Source: Octopus sinensis | Taxonomy: Eukaryota | Direction of reading: 5' to 3' | Length of the DNA stretch: 64,000 bases | Assembly: GCF_006345805.1 (NCBI RefSeq) | Contig: NC_043001.1 | Coordinates: forward strand, 61,566,001 to 61,630,000 | Shown: positions 40,454-52,487 of the stretch, one piece after another | Layout: every line of letters begins with the position of its first letter | Position numbering within the stretch: the stretch's first letter is position 1 | Program-made: the position numbers and the translations under genes | Notes under the pieces: generated by a model | The model's database searches: none | What the model was told of the DNA's origin: nothing | Seen by the model: the letters and a program-made list of their open reading frames with translations, nothing else

Positions 40454-42994
40454 CTGATGATGATGATGACGACGACGACGAAAGGTTACATAGCAACTGA
40501 CTGTGTGATGTAAATATTGCCGGATACAGAACACAGAAGGGAAATAATCTCGATATGAACAGACAGGTAATAAATACACAATATTTGATTGTGAATGAAT
40601 TAGGATCTGTAGGCTTCTTTGGTTTATCGGTGGTCATTGGTCTTCAGTTTATTATCAGAGAGTATCTTTAATGAAAACAGTAGGTTAAAATTGCTTTTTT
40701 TTCTCCTTATTGATACAGCATGTTATTTCATTATATGCAGTTTCCCACGACAAAATGCAATGGTCTACAGAGCCACTCATATTCTATCTGATTGCATCAC
40801 ATGACCTTAGCAAGTCAGTGGTTTTATGGAAAACTTTTCGCAACTCATGCACTCTAAGTATGCATTTATTACAACATACATACACACACACACACGTATA
40901 CACACACACTCTAAGTATGCATTTATTGCAACACACGCACATAAATTTCCCAACATGTTTTATCTAATGCCATCAGTACCGATGAAATGACTTATCATAA
41001 ATTAAAAGGAATATCATGAAACACCAACCTTCCTTAGCCACCTGAAATAATAACTGTTATGTTTGCCTCCATAACAAACAGCATATACAGCAACGACTTG
41101 TATCCATCAACAGAAAAGCCGAATTTTCATATTTTGTCATCAAAGATGCGCTGTGATTTCTCGCCAATGTTCATTGATAACAGGCAAATACCATTCTAAT
41201 CCTAGCTAGTCCACGTTCAGTTTCAGAGAATATAGCCCTTGTTTACCATAAGGAAAATCTTTCACTTCAGGGTATTACCAACGTTATATATTATTATCCA
41301 GCTATAATTAGACCGCACAGCCATGCTTCAGAAGCAAACTGATTTGGCAGTTGCTTCACCATTCTAATTACCTAAAGATGGATGCCGCCAACAATTTTAA
41401 TCGTTGAATTTTCCACACAGAACTTTCACAACAGGGAAGTGACGTCGATGCAAAGCTAAAGTATCCACGTCATCTGAACTGACCAACACATGACCAAAAA
41501 TTCTCACCTAGCAATCATTTTATATTTCTTTTAGATTCTTTTCGTTAAGACTCTGTACATACGAGGATGTGAGCGTGTTTTGTGATTATTGAAAGTTTAA
41601 GTAACGTAAGGCAGAGTCATGCTTGCTACTAAATATCTTGAGTGCCATTATGTCGTTTTTTTTTCGTATTCATGTACAAAAGAATACACGCACGCGCGCA
41701 CACACACACACATACACACACAAACACATATATATAGGCACATATGAATGAATATATATATATATATATATATACAGACAAAAGCACATATGTGTGCGTG
41801 TGTGAGTGTGTACATATGAGTATACATGTATGCATTATATATGCTACACATATATATTTGTGTGTTTAAATGTACACACATGTGAGCGTTTCATCGACTT
41901 CGTTAAATGAATCAACGGGATAATCTTTTGACCTAGCTTACTTCAGAATATATTGCCCCATAATCAGAGATATTGATATGTCAAAGGGCAAAGATTAGGG
42001 TTTACCGCTTTCCCAGATTCTGTCATTTTTCCAAAACCTAACGGAAAATCTATTTCGAGAGAAAATGCGTAGATTACATATTGGTTTTCTTTCTACAATT
42101 TGTGATGCATGTAAACTATAGACATTAATATGTATCTGAATGGTTTCAGCTTCAACATAGTAAAAAGATTTTATAACATTTTAATTGACAGCAGGTCGTT
42201 TATAGATACTTTGCTCTGAATTTGTAAGTTCGTAATTCATTGTTATTGTTACATATCAGTTTTCTTTATTTTGAATGCGTTGGGTCAGATCTACTTTCGG
42301 ACAGTTTTTCTTTAGTTTTACTTATGTGAAGTATTCTGTTTCTTTTGCAGTTAATATGATGTTGTCGAGTGGCAAGACGTCAAAATTTCTTGCGATATAT
42401 TTATAATGCTGGTTCAGTATCTACAAAATACGCATTACGTTGGTACATTTTGCATTTTTTTGTTAAATATATCAATTCTACAGTTATGTTTCAAAATATC
42501 AAACTCTTTAATTTGAGTTTGGAACGGTTTTTAAATAAAATAATCATGAAGCATTACATATTGATATGCATACAGAAAATAGATTAACTATCTGATATTT
42601 CACTTTCCTTTCCAATCGGTAGCAAATTTTCTTTTCAGTATCTTAGATGCAGTGTCCTACACATTCGCACACATACACACTCAAACGCGTATGAATATAG
42701 ACATAGAGAAAGAGAGAGATGATAAATAGGTAGGCAGGCAGACAGGCCAGACAGGCAGGCAGACAGGCAGGCAGATAGGTAGGTAGATATGTAGGTAGGT
42801 AACCATGCAAACGATTGTGTAGAGCAGCGATACCCTTTTGTGAAGTTTATATATTATTGCTTCAGTGCTATGACACTTGAAGTCATCTGCTTATACACCT
42901 ACCCATATATATATGTGTGTGTGTTTGTGTTGTGTGTGTTTGTGTTGTGTGTGTGTGTGTGTATATATGCATGCGTTTGTATGTGTGTGTGTGT

Positions 42995-44456
42995 CTCATT
43001 GATCTTAGTAGCACTATTATCTTCCCCTCAGCCCGATTTTCTCCCCCGTTGTCGCTGCTGTTGTCGATGGACCTGGAATTTGGTACAGTATCTCTCTGTG
43101 TTTGTGTGTGTTCGCCCACGCTGCTGCCAACATGGTAGTTATTTTTGTTGTTGTTGCTATTTTCATCGTTGTCGTTGTTAATCTTGTTGTTGATACTGTT
43201 GCAGCCGTCTGTGAAGTTACATATACGTATGGCGTGGCTGTGTGGCAAGAAGCTTGCTTCCGGTTGAACTGAGAAGACGTGAGTTTTGAGCTCCGTCCTA
43301 AAAAGAAAAAAGAACAACAGCAGCATAAGCTCGTCGAGGTAGGTGGTTTTGTTTTCGTTTGAGCTGGGTGTAATTTGTCAAATAGTAATTGGTTGTGTGT
43401 TGATAAATTTCACCCAGCTCCGTGGCAATTCTGCCTGCTGTCGGGGGCTGCTGTTTGTTGGTTTTTATATTGGAAAAAAAAGGAGGCGTAACTTCGCCCG
43501 AACTTACTGAACTTTACCATTGAACCGACGAAGTTGGCCAGGAGTAGCTGTTGGCCATTGATGTTTGCTGTGTGAACTGTTTTTCTTTTCTCTATCCTTC
43601 TGTTTTTTTCTCTTTCTTTTTGGAGCTATTTTTGCGTTTCTTTTGAATTTATTTTTTTCATACTTTTTGAACTGACTTATTTATTTTCTTTTTGGACTTG
43701 TAAATTCATTTGGACTTTCCTTCTTCTTTTTAATTGACTTTTAAACATGGAAAATGCAAAAAGTGCCTTAGAATGGGAGGTGGTCCCACCTAAGCAATGG
43801 ATTAAAGATCTTGAGAAGAGGACGGTGGTACTACGGACCTATTCTAGGTCGCGTGGTGCCATCGCCCTCTTCGACAAGAGCGTAATAGAGAGAGAGTTGG
43901 CAGCCTACCTGCCAACTATAAAGTTTATTTCACAGGGGACCAAATTTGCAACGGTGTGGTTGCTCTATGGTACCCCTAGGAAGCTGGCAGATTTGCCAGC
44001 GAGCCCCTTGAGGGAGATGAAATTTTGTTCCTCTTCACTTATTGTGGAAGGAAGATAAGAAGAGCCTGGGTATGCAGGCTGCCCCCGGGCACGGAGGCGG
44101 GATGGATCGAGGAGACCATCCGGCGAGGCCTAGGGGATAGCGGGCCCAGGCTATTGAGTGTAAAGATTACTCCCACGGTCGACTGGGAGGGGTCAAAGAC
44201 AACTTTGACCCTGTGGACCCTGGTGACCGTGGGAGACATTATGTTTCCGGATTTCCTAAAAATGGCCGGGTACAGGTACCCGGTGATACTCGAGGGACGC
44301 CCCCCCCCCCCAAGTGTCACCTGTGCCTGGAGCCTGGCCATATCAAAAGGAACTGTGGTGGTGCCCTGGAGCGTGAGAAAAATTACGATGAACGTAAACA
44401 AACAAACGAAGTTTGCTTTAGAAGTGTTGAGATGTCTTAGACAGTTAAAGAAGTGA
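42995..44456 (+). mobile_element. L1/Tx1-type 5' UTR and ORF1 (zinc knuckle), ORF2 absent
   Basis: Frameshifted ORF 43747-44456 has RRAWVCRLPPG, YPVILEGRPP and CHLCLEPGHIKRNC. It begins just after a (TG)n tract. Confidence 0.75.
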
Positions 44457-45031
44457 TTTTAAATTCTCAAACGCAGGATAATGCTAATAATATAGCCTGA
44501 ACAGGATAAGCTAACCCTATTTTGCAGAAAAAAAGTGTTGGCGGCCGGCTATGAGACTCGAACTCACACCTCTACTTTAAGCTAAACAGCCCACACCACG
44601 CACTGTTCTGCAAATTTAAGGTATATAGAAATCTCGCTTTATGAGACGCTATCATACGTAAAATTCAAATTACTATGAACGTAAACAAACAAACTCTGCT
44701 ACAGAGACATGCTTGGGGCCCAAGCGTCCGAGTTTTTTCTACAGAGCTTATAAAAACTGAAGGAACGCTGTAATAAGCAAAATACCCATAGAATTAATAT
44801 ATGCATAAATATGTACATTTCTCTCTTACATGCACTTATTAACAAATCCAATGAACTGATTAGTTATGTTTAATGGAAATGGATAGGAGACAAATGACGG
44901 GTGAATAGAGTCATTTAGTCCTGTGTTTGTGATCAGATCAAGGTTTTCTAGAGATGCTTATCTATCCAGTGGATAAGCCTTTGCATTTTAATTCTCAGCA
45001 TGTTTATTTAAATGCCATAAATATCTGGATA

Positions 45032-45095
45032 ATTTTGCCCCATTATTTTTTCTCTATATCTAGTTAGATATAGAGAAAAAATAATGGGGCAAAAT
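45032..45095. repeat. Perfect inverted repeat, 31-bp arms and 2-nt spacer
   Basis: ATTTTGCCCCATTATTTTTTCTCTATATCTA-GT-reverse complement. Confidence 0.95.
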
Positions 45096-45928
45096 CCCTG
45101 CATACAGTTTCGGCTCCGAATCAGGATTTCTTTAGTTATGGAGACTTTCATTTCATAGATCATCGGTCCGGGTTTGTAGGAGTGAATTGGAAGTTCCTAT
45201 TTCTGTATGCAACCTTATCTTTAATTATTTTACAAATATTGCCAACAATTTGATTTGTCACACTAGGAGGGCAATAGTACCTTATCACGAGATTTTTTTA
45301 TAGTTATCAAAAAACGGGTTTGAGATAAATAATGTTACTAATAAACTTAGCTCGTAATGTGACTGCAGTGAAGCTAGATCTAGATACAGTTTTCGTATAT
45401 TACTTCCAAGGAATTTCCCTTTGATAACTTTCATCTACCTACATAGCTATTACACCGCAACTATTAAGAACTTTCCACAACTGGAACATTTATTATCATT
45501 CTGGTGTAGATATATACTCTGCTATGTATCTGCTAATCTCTGTGTTATAAATACATCATTACCTAATTTGGTACTTGTCTTCGTGTCTACGCTTTTGTTT
45601 TGTTATATATATATATACATAGATACATATATGCATATATATGTATGTGTGCGTTTGTGTATGTGTGTGTCTATGTATATATACGCTCATACATATATGT
45701 GTATACAACAGATACACACACACATGCACACACACATGCACACATACACACACATACGTACGTACGTATGTATGTATGTATGTAGGTATGTGTTTATGTA
45801 AATGCAACAATTTTGGTAGTGAAATGTAAAATGTTTATCTCTTATATTGCTCTTATACATATATGAATGTACTTGAGTTTATTTGAAAGCTGGAAGAAAT
45901 ATCTTATAATAATTCTGCTTGTAATTGC

Positions 45929-47050
45929 GTTACTTAGCCTGTCTCGTGATTACAGAAAAATAGGGAGAGAGAAGTGTCCATGACGTGTGGTAGAGGGAAT
46001 GTTCTTGTAACACTGTCACATGATTAGTTGAAGGAAAAGAGAATAGAGAGACATAGAAGAGAGAAAAAGATGGTAATGCGTAGAGTGAGACAGAAAGAGA
46101 GTGAGCGAAAAAGCGGAAGCATCCATGACGTGAGATAGGGGGAAAGAAATATTCATTACGTAGCTTAAAAAGTTAGTTGAAGGTAGAGGAAGAGAGTGAA
46201 AAATATAATTTTAGCAGAGGGGTGTTCTTCTGATAGTGAGGTTAAAAAAAGCAGAGAGAGAGGGGGGAGAAATGGAAGAGAGAGAGAGAGAGAGGAAGGA
46301 GAAAAAGGCGAGACAAAAAGAGGATAAGGTGAAGAATGAGACAGAAAGCGGAAAAAGAAAAAGGGAGAGAGAAAAAGAGGGAGTGAGAAACGTCCCTGAC
46401 GTGAGGTAGGAGGAACATAAATATTATATGGTTTAAAAAAGTAGTTGAAAGAGAGATATAGAGAAAGAGAAGTAGAAATATAATTTTAGCAGAGGGATGA
46501 TGTTCTGATGGTGAGGCTAAAGAAAGGCTGAGAGAGGGGAGAGAGGTGGGAGAGAGAAGAGGTGTTGTTGGTGGTTGTGGTGCTATGGTGGTGCTGGTGG
46601 TGTTAGTGGCAGTGGTGATTGGATAGTTAAAGTGTATTTTTTAAAAATTGATCTAAGTTTTTAATATCAACTATCACTTAACCCATTCGCATAAATGCAA
46701 TTCCGTGAAATATTCACGCTTATTTACGCGACAGATATATGAAATTTAACTAAAGGTTGTATGATATGTACGGGATATTTTTTATGTTTATGAGAAAAAA
46801 TACAAAAATAAGAGTGAATAATTATTTTCTGAGTGTTGTGTATGAAGTCTATAAAATTGTGCTTAACGTATATAAAGTGTATATTTAAAGCGCATTAAGT
46901 ATTCATGGTATTCAAATTTCTTTCACTTTTCAATGAGTAATAAATGAGCGACTTTCTTTCCATACGGACACAGCATAGGCTACACTTTCAGGTTTTTTGT
47001 ACAAAGTTTTCAGAAATAACCCAATAGGTTATATTCACGTGTCCTGCTAG
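45929..47050 (+). repeat. Unclassified dispersed repeat with diverged internal subrepeats
   Basis: Homologous over about 0.8-1.1 kb to the reverse complement of 61700-62527. Both start CGTTACTTAGCC. Subrepeats CC(A/C)TGACGTG occur near 45978, 46103 and 46394. Confidence 0.7.
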
Positions 47051-48699
47051 TGTAAATATTAATGATACTAATTACCATAGAGATATCTTAGTTGATGGAA
47101 CCGGCAAGAAACAAGTTCAGTAATCTATATTTCATCTTCAAAATCTATAAAGTAAGGATACTCTAGTTAGATAAGAAATACCTCATACTTACACTTCCCC
47201 ATTCATCAGCCAATGTCATACGTGTCGTAATTTTTGTCCCAATGGCTGCTCATTCATTTTCTTTGCGTCTTTCTATAGCATGGACTTCTCCATTTGAAGC
47301 CATATTCGTGAGGGATTTCTATTGTTATTGTTATCAGTCCATATTTGCGAAAGAATTATTTTTGTTCATGACAGTATTCCCTAAATGTTGTTACTGTGTT
47401 GTAGTTTATTAGTAGTTCAGTCTTCATATAGATATACTCAGAAGAGTTATCTTTACCCTTCTTTCTCCAGAACGTAGGTTAAGAGAATGTATTGATTTGA
47501 GAGTGAACTGGCTGTTATTTCTAGCATTTTGCGATTGATTCCAAGCTGTTTGGTGTAATGGTGTCACATTTTATGGCGACGGCATTTCCTCACTGATACG
47601 ATTAAGATATTGATTCAGATTGTTTTCTTAATTAATACCTCAGTGTGATGTTCAATATGCAGAATCCGAAGTTACTTTATATAAAATATTGTTATTATTA
47701 TAACTATAACCAGCTTGCCACATTCAGCGTCTAGATACTCTCTGTTTTTGATTTCTCATACCCTGTCCTCTCCCGCACCGGTACATTTTTATTTTATCTT
47801 TCATTACTCTTATTCGTGAACAAATGAATACTTTCTCGTTATAGTACTCTCTTTAATTATTGAGAAGTAAGTTTCACTTTGCTAAAACTGTTACAGCTAC
47901 TGAAATATTGCCTTTTATTTCTTATGTCTGAAATATTGCATTATTATTTTCTCTAAATATTTGAATTCTACAATTTCACTGATCGTCTTTCAATTAGATC
48001 GAATAGTTTATGTTTGGTTTTACGAGTTATGATTCTTTTGCTTTTTCTCAACATTTATTTCCATTCCATACTATATTACATTTAAAACAAGTGTCGTTAT
48101 TAGATCTTCTAATTATTATTCTTTCTTTTGTATAAGATCAATAAAACAGACATCAGTAATTTCACAGCTACCTTCTTTAGACTTTCCTACAGAAAATTCA
48201 GTTGCATTTTGAATCAGTGATACGAATGTATATACCGATGCATATATGTAGGTTTTAGAGCATTTCCTCTAAAATTGCACAGAAGAGAGGAAGACAGACA
48301 AAACATAAGGTAGATTGTATAAAATATTGATTTTTTTCGGTAATTATCTGTATAAATATAATAATAGAAAATCAGGTTAACAATTTTAATTAGGCACATA
48401 GCAACATTAGTTATATTTGAGAATGAGTTCTACAAGTTCATTGTTTATATAAACTGAATGACAAATTACAATATCCACTCGATTCTTACCACCGATGCTC
48501 GTGTTCTTCCAGATATCCCCTGCATGAATTGTATTTTGAACTATGTATCCGCGAGCATGAGCAACGATTAATTTACATTACAACTTTTAACAAATGCCAC
48601 AGTTTACTGCAAAAGCTATTTTGAGGTAAAGTGGCATATGTATATATCTTTCGACATTTTTATATATTTCTGTTTTCAGAATACAATTGGCACATTTGG

Positions 48700-49270
48700 A
48701 AACTCACCATGAAATAAAGTTTCACATTAAATCGGAAAAAAAACGCTACAGAAAATTATGAAATGATCCAGACTACTAATAGATTAACTTTTTAGCTGGC
48801 ACAAGATATTCAAGGAGAGGAGAGAGGAGGTGAGAGACGATAAGAGGCATGAGAGAGAGAGAGGGACGTCAGAACATCAGGGCTGGTTGGGTAAATTCGT
48901 AATTTCATGGATGAAAACCGTCATCTGTCGAGGAAGACAAGTATAAATTTTGGAGTTGCTGTGGTGACAACTGTACATAGAATTATCCCGGAAGATCTGA
49001 ACATGCGCAAAATATGCGCAAAGTTTATTTTCATGCTGCTCCGTGACGAGCAGCATGGTGACAAACTACTTGACAGAGATGGGCATTAAAACTGCTTCTC
49101 ATCCTCGCTATAAATGACTCTTGGCTATTCCTCAATCAAAACGAAAAGCTGAGGGGCAGTCGTTTTTATTATGAAGGAGGCTGTGACAAGTGTTCTGTGA
49201 AACTTTACTTTGGAGGACTTGCACTGGGTCTTTACAAAGAGGCTTGAATGCTACGACGGGCTTCAATCTG
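48700..49270 (+). mobile_element. Mariner transposase remnant, internally deleted
   Basis: HEIKFHIKSEKNATENYEMIQT (N-terminal HTH), VHRIIPEDLNMRKICAKF (WVPR-motif region) and C-terminal KEAVTSVL..EDLHWVFTKRLECY. Confidence 0.75.
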
Positions 49271-49379
49271 TATTGTATCTTGCTTTGAACAGATTCAAAT
49301 ATTATATCGCAGCTGTGGAAGAATTTAAATCCTGTTATAACAATAACCCTTCGAATTTTAGGCACTATAATAAGAGACA

Positions 49380-49790
49380 TTCAACTACCCTATCGGTTAT
49401 AATCTACAATCGTAAAGAAGGGTCCCTGATCTGCAATATCTGTCCCTTTAATAAGTCCTCCTGTACGGAGTACGATTGTGTTGTATGTAGGATGAACACA
49501 AAGGTTAACTGTAAGTTTAGGAAAGTAGTGTATAGCTTACGATGTACTGAGGGACGGTACAGAAACATGACAACTACCTATATTGGAGAGACTGCACGCA
49601 GCATAGGAGAGTGTATAGGTGGACATTGGCGAGAACTTAAAGAAGGGAATTGCTAATCAGTGCTCCACCAACATGCTCAGGCAGAACATGCAGATTCGAT
49701 TAATAATAGGGAAGTTAAAGTACTATCGACACGTAAAACTGATACAAAACTTAGATTACAGAGGCTACACACATGACAGTAGACACACCG
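49380..49790 (+). mobile_element. Penelope-like GIY-YIG endonuclease remnant
   Basis: C..C..C followed by VVYSLRC...YIGETARSIGECIGGH. Confidence 0.75.
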
Positions 49791-51129
49791 AGCCTCAAGA
49801 AAAAACAGGAATGGCACACCACACCACAGTAGGGATGAGAAGAGACAAGGAAAAGAAAAACCATAAATAATACATAGAAACATACGGGTAATACACACGC
49901 AATAGACATATGTGCACTTACCTGTGATACTTATGAGAAATAGAGATAGATGTATAAAAATAATAATAAGTAAATAGATAAATATATAAATAGATAAATT
50001 TAAAATATCTGTCACATACCTGTGATAAGTGTAAGACAGAGATAGATAAAATAAATAAATATAACTATATAAAGAACATGGATACATACAAACGAACACA
50101 TTGACTTATGAAACTACATGGACGCCAACAACACAACAAAAAAGGTTAGCAGCAGTGGCGGTGCCAGCGATGGCAATAACAGCAACAACAACTACCATGA
50201 TGGCAACTTCTTGGGTTAACACACATTCACAGAGGTATACAAAAACTGTACCATATTTTTCTTTCGGGACTTAGGACAGCAGCAGCACAATGGGGTGAAA
50301 GGATGAGGTTGAGGGGAAGGCCACACTGCTGCTAAAAATTTGGACACACGCACAAGCAAGCATACACACATACACACACACACGCACACACTTACATACA
50401 CACGCACGCACACAAGGACACAAACGCATGCACACTTCGTAGAACAGAATGGTGTAAGTGAAGCAAGAACACACGAAAATGAAAAGTGTCGCTGAAGAGT
50501 TATGAGAGATGTGACGAAAGATTTCGATGGACATGAGTTAAAATAATAAAATGAGAACAGTAATAAATGAGTGAAGAAAAGATATGTAGTGTGTGTGTTT
50601 ATTTGGCAAAAAAAATGACCATTCCGAAATACGACACACTCGTTGCAACACCTGTCTGTGTTCTGATTGTCCCTGCACAGGGGCCATCCGGACTCCCGTT
50701 TGTGCCGTGAACAGGGATTAATCTCTTCACTCCTTTGCGCCACATGGGCTCAACTCTCCTCCCTTCTTCATCTAATCCTCCTCCTCTCTCCTCTCTCCCT
50801 CTCCTCTACTTCCTCCCACCCACCTATCCACTCTTGCTACTTCTTCTCTTCACTCCTACTCTATTTCTCTCTTCTCTTCATTCCTAACCACCTTCTCCCT
50901 TGCCCTCTCTCTTCATCGTTACCCTCCCTCGCAATCCCACCCCTACACAATCCAACTCCACCGTCCCTATCTATCCCATCCCACCCGCAACCTCATCCCT
51001 TACACCCACTCCCACATACCCCTACTCTACCCCACCCTCAGCCTAACTTACATACTCTACCTCTACCCCGATTATCAGCCTAACCACCACGCACGCACTA
51101 GCACTGACCATTTCCAAGCCCTACACCAT

Positions 51130-51450
51130 CATCCATACACACACGCACACGTCAAGGTCACCAGCCCTCTTCCACATGCACATACATGCTCTCTTATACA
51201 CACGCTTACGCACCTTCGCTTTGGGATCACCATTACCTTATTATCTCACTTTCTTCCTAGCTCTCCTGTGGGACCCCTCTGTCCAGCATTCGCCATGATA
51301 GATCGCTAGCCACTGTGTTCCTTTCTGTGGAAGAGCGTACGTTCGAAACGTTAAAGACTTTTTCACTTCCAGAGCGTTAAACTAATAGATCTGTTTGTTG
51401 TCTTCACCAGCTGTCTTCCTCTTTTGTTTTTTGTGAATTCTCCCTCTATC
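51130..51450 (+). repeat. Dispersed non-coding repeat (Penelope terminal-repeat-like) carrying a variant minimal hammerhead
   Basis: Homologous to 63100-63475 (CACCAGCCCTCT..ACGCACCTTC..TTTCTGTNGAAGAGCGTA..CGAAACG). Confidence 0.6.
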
Positions 51451-51608
51451 AGTCTATGGTCCTGGTAGGGTGTAAAGTTAGGGCATTTCCAGAAAAGTAC
51501 TCGACCCAAATACTAGGCTATCAACATTGTCGGGTTACAGGGCAAAACCGGAATTCATCAGGTGCAGAAAATCTACAATGATCACACAGGTTTGGCGAAA
51601 AGTAAATA

Positions 51609-52020
51609 ATCCAAATGAAAAGAAGACAAAGAAAATTCTTTAACACATCTTTAATGATTCGTTACAATTGTTTCATACCAACTCTATTTGCAACGCCAGT
51701 TAATGCTAGAATTCGAAGTGAAACTTTACGTAATGTTTGCGGTTTTAGATATTAGAGACGCACTTCATCAGACTTGCATCAAAGGTGTGCAGTCACATTG
51801 TGCGTCTTCCAGTCACAAGGCCTGGAAGATGCACAATGTGACAGCACACCTTTGATGCAAATCTGATGAAGTGCGTCTCTAATCGCAAACATTATGTAAA
51901 TCTTCACTTCAAATTCTTGAATAAACTGGCGTTGCCAATAGAGTTGGTACAGAAACAATTGTAATAGATCATAAAAGATGTGTCAAAGAATATTCTTTGT
52001 TCTCTTCTTATCATTTGGAT
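51609..52020. repeat. Foldback (MITE-like) element, ~200-bp imperfect arms and 9-nt loop
   Basis: Termini ATCCAAATGA/TCATTTGGAT; centre CTTCCAG-TCACAAGGC-CTGGAAG. The arms pair along their whole length with scattered mismatches and indels. Confidence 0.85.
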
Positions 52021-52487
52021 ATGCGTGTTTGTGCGTGTGTGTATGTGTGTATCTGTGTGTGTGTGTGTGTGTGTGTGAGTGTGTTTGTGATAAGGATAAA
52101 GATGAATGTAGCTATATCACCATTCCTCTTTATTGACCCCAATCATTTCCTTCTGCCACTCTAAATTATAGTAGGCTTCAGGTATTTTGAAAAATTTGCT
52201 AAAAACTTATTATGGAGCATCCTGTATGGTGGAAATCTATATGGTCGTACGCATCCGAGGAGAGTGGTTTATTTCAAATTGATATAATATTTGCATTGAT
52301 CGATTAAAGGGAGCCGCTTGAAACGGCCGTAATGCACTAATACCTAGACATCCTTGTTACTTATTTTTTTGTACACACACACACACATATATATATATAT
52401 AATATATATATATATATATTATATATATATATATATACATATACATACATACATATATACATACATGTATATATATATATATATATA

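Noticed and set aside
44520-44600. tRNA gene
   Set aside because: Only a B-box-like motif is present and no cloverleaf could be built.
47190-47400. Possible very old RLE LINE 3' remnant on the minus strand
   Set aside because: The similarity is too faint to support by eye.
51860-51900. CTGATGA in the foldback arms as an active hammerhead
   Set aside because: No correctly placed GAAA or stem III follows it.
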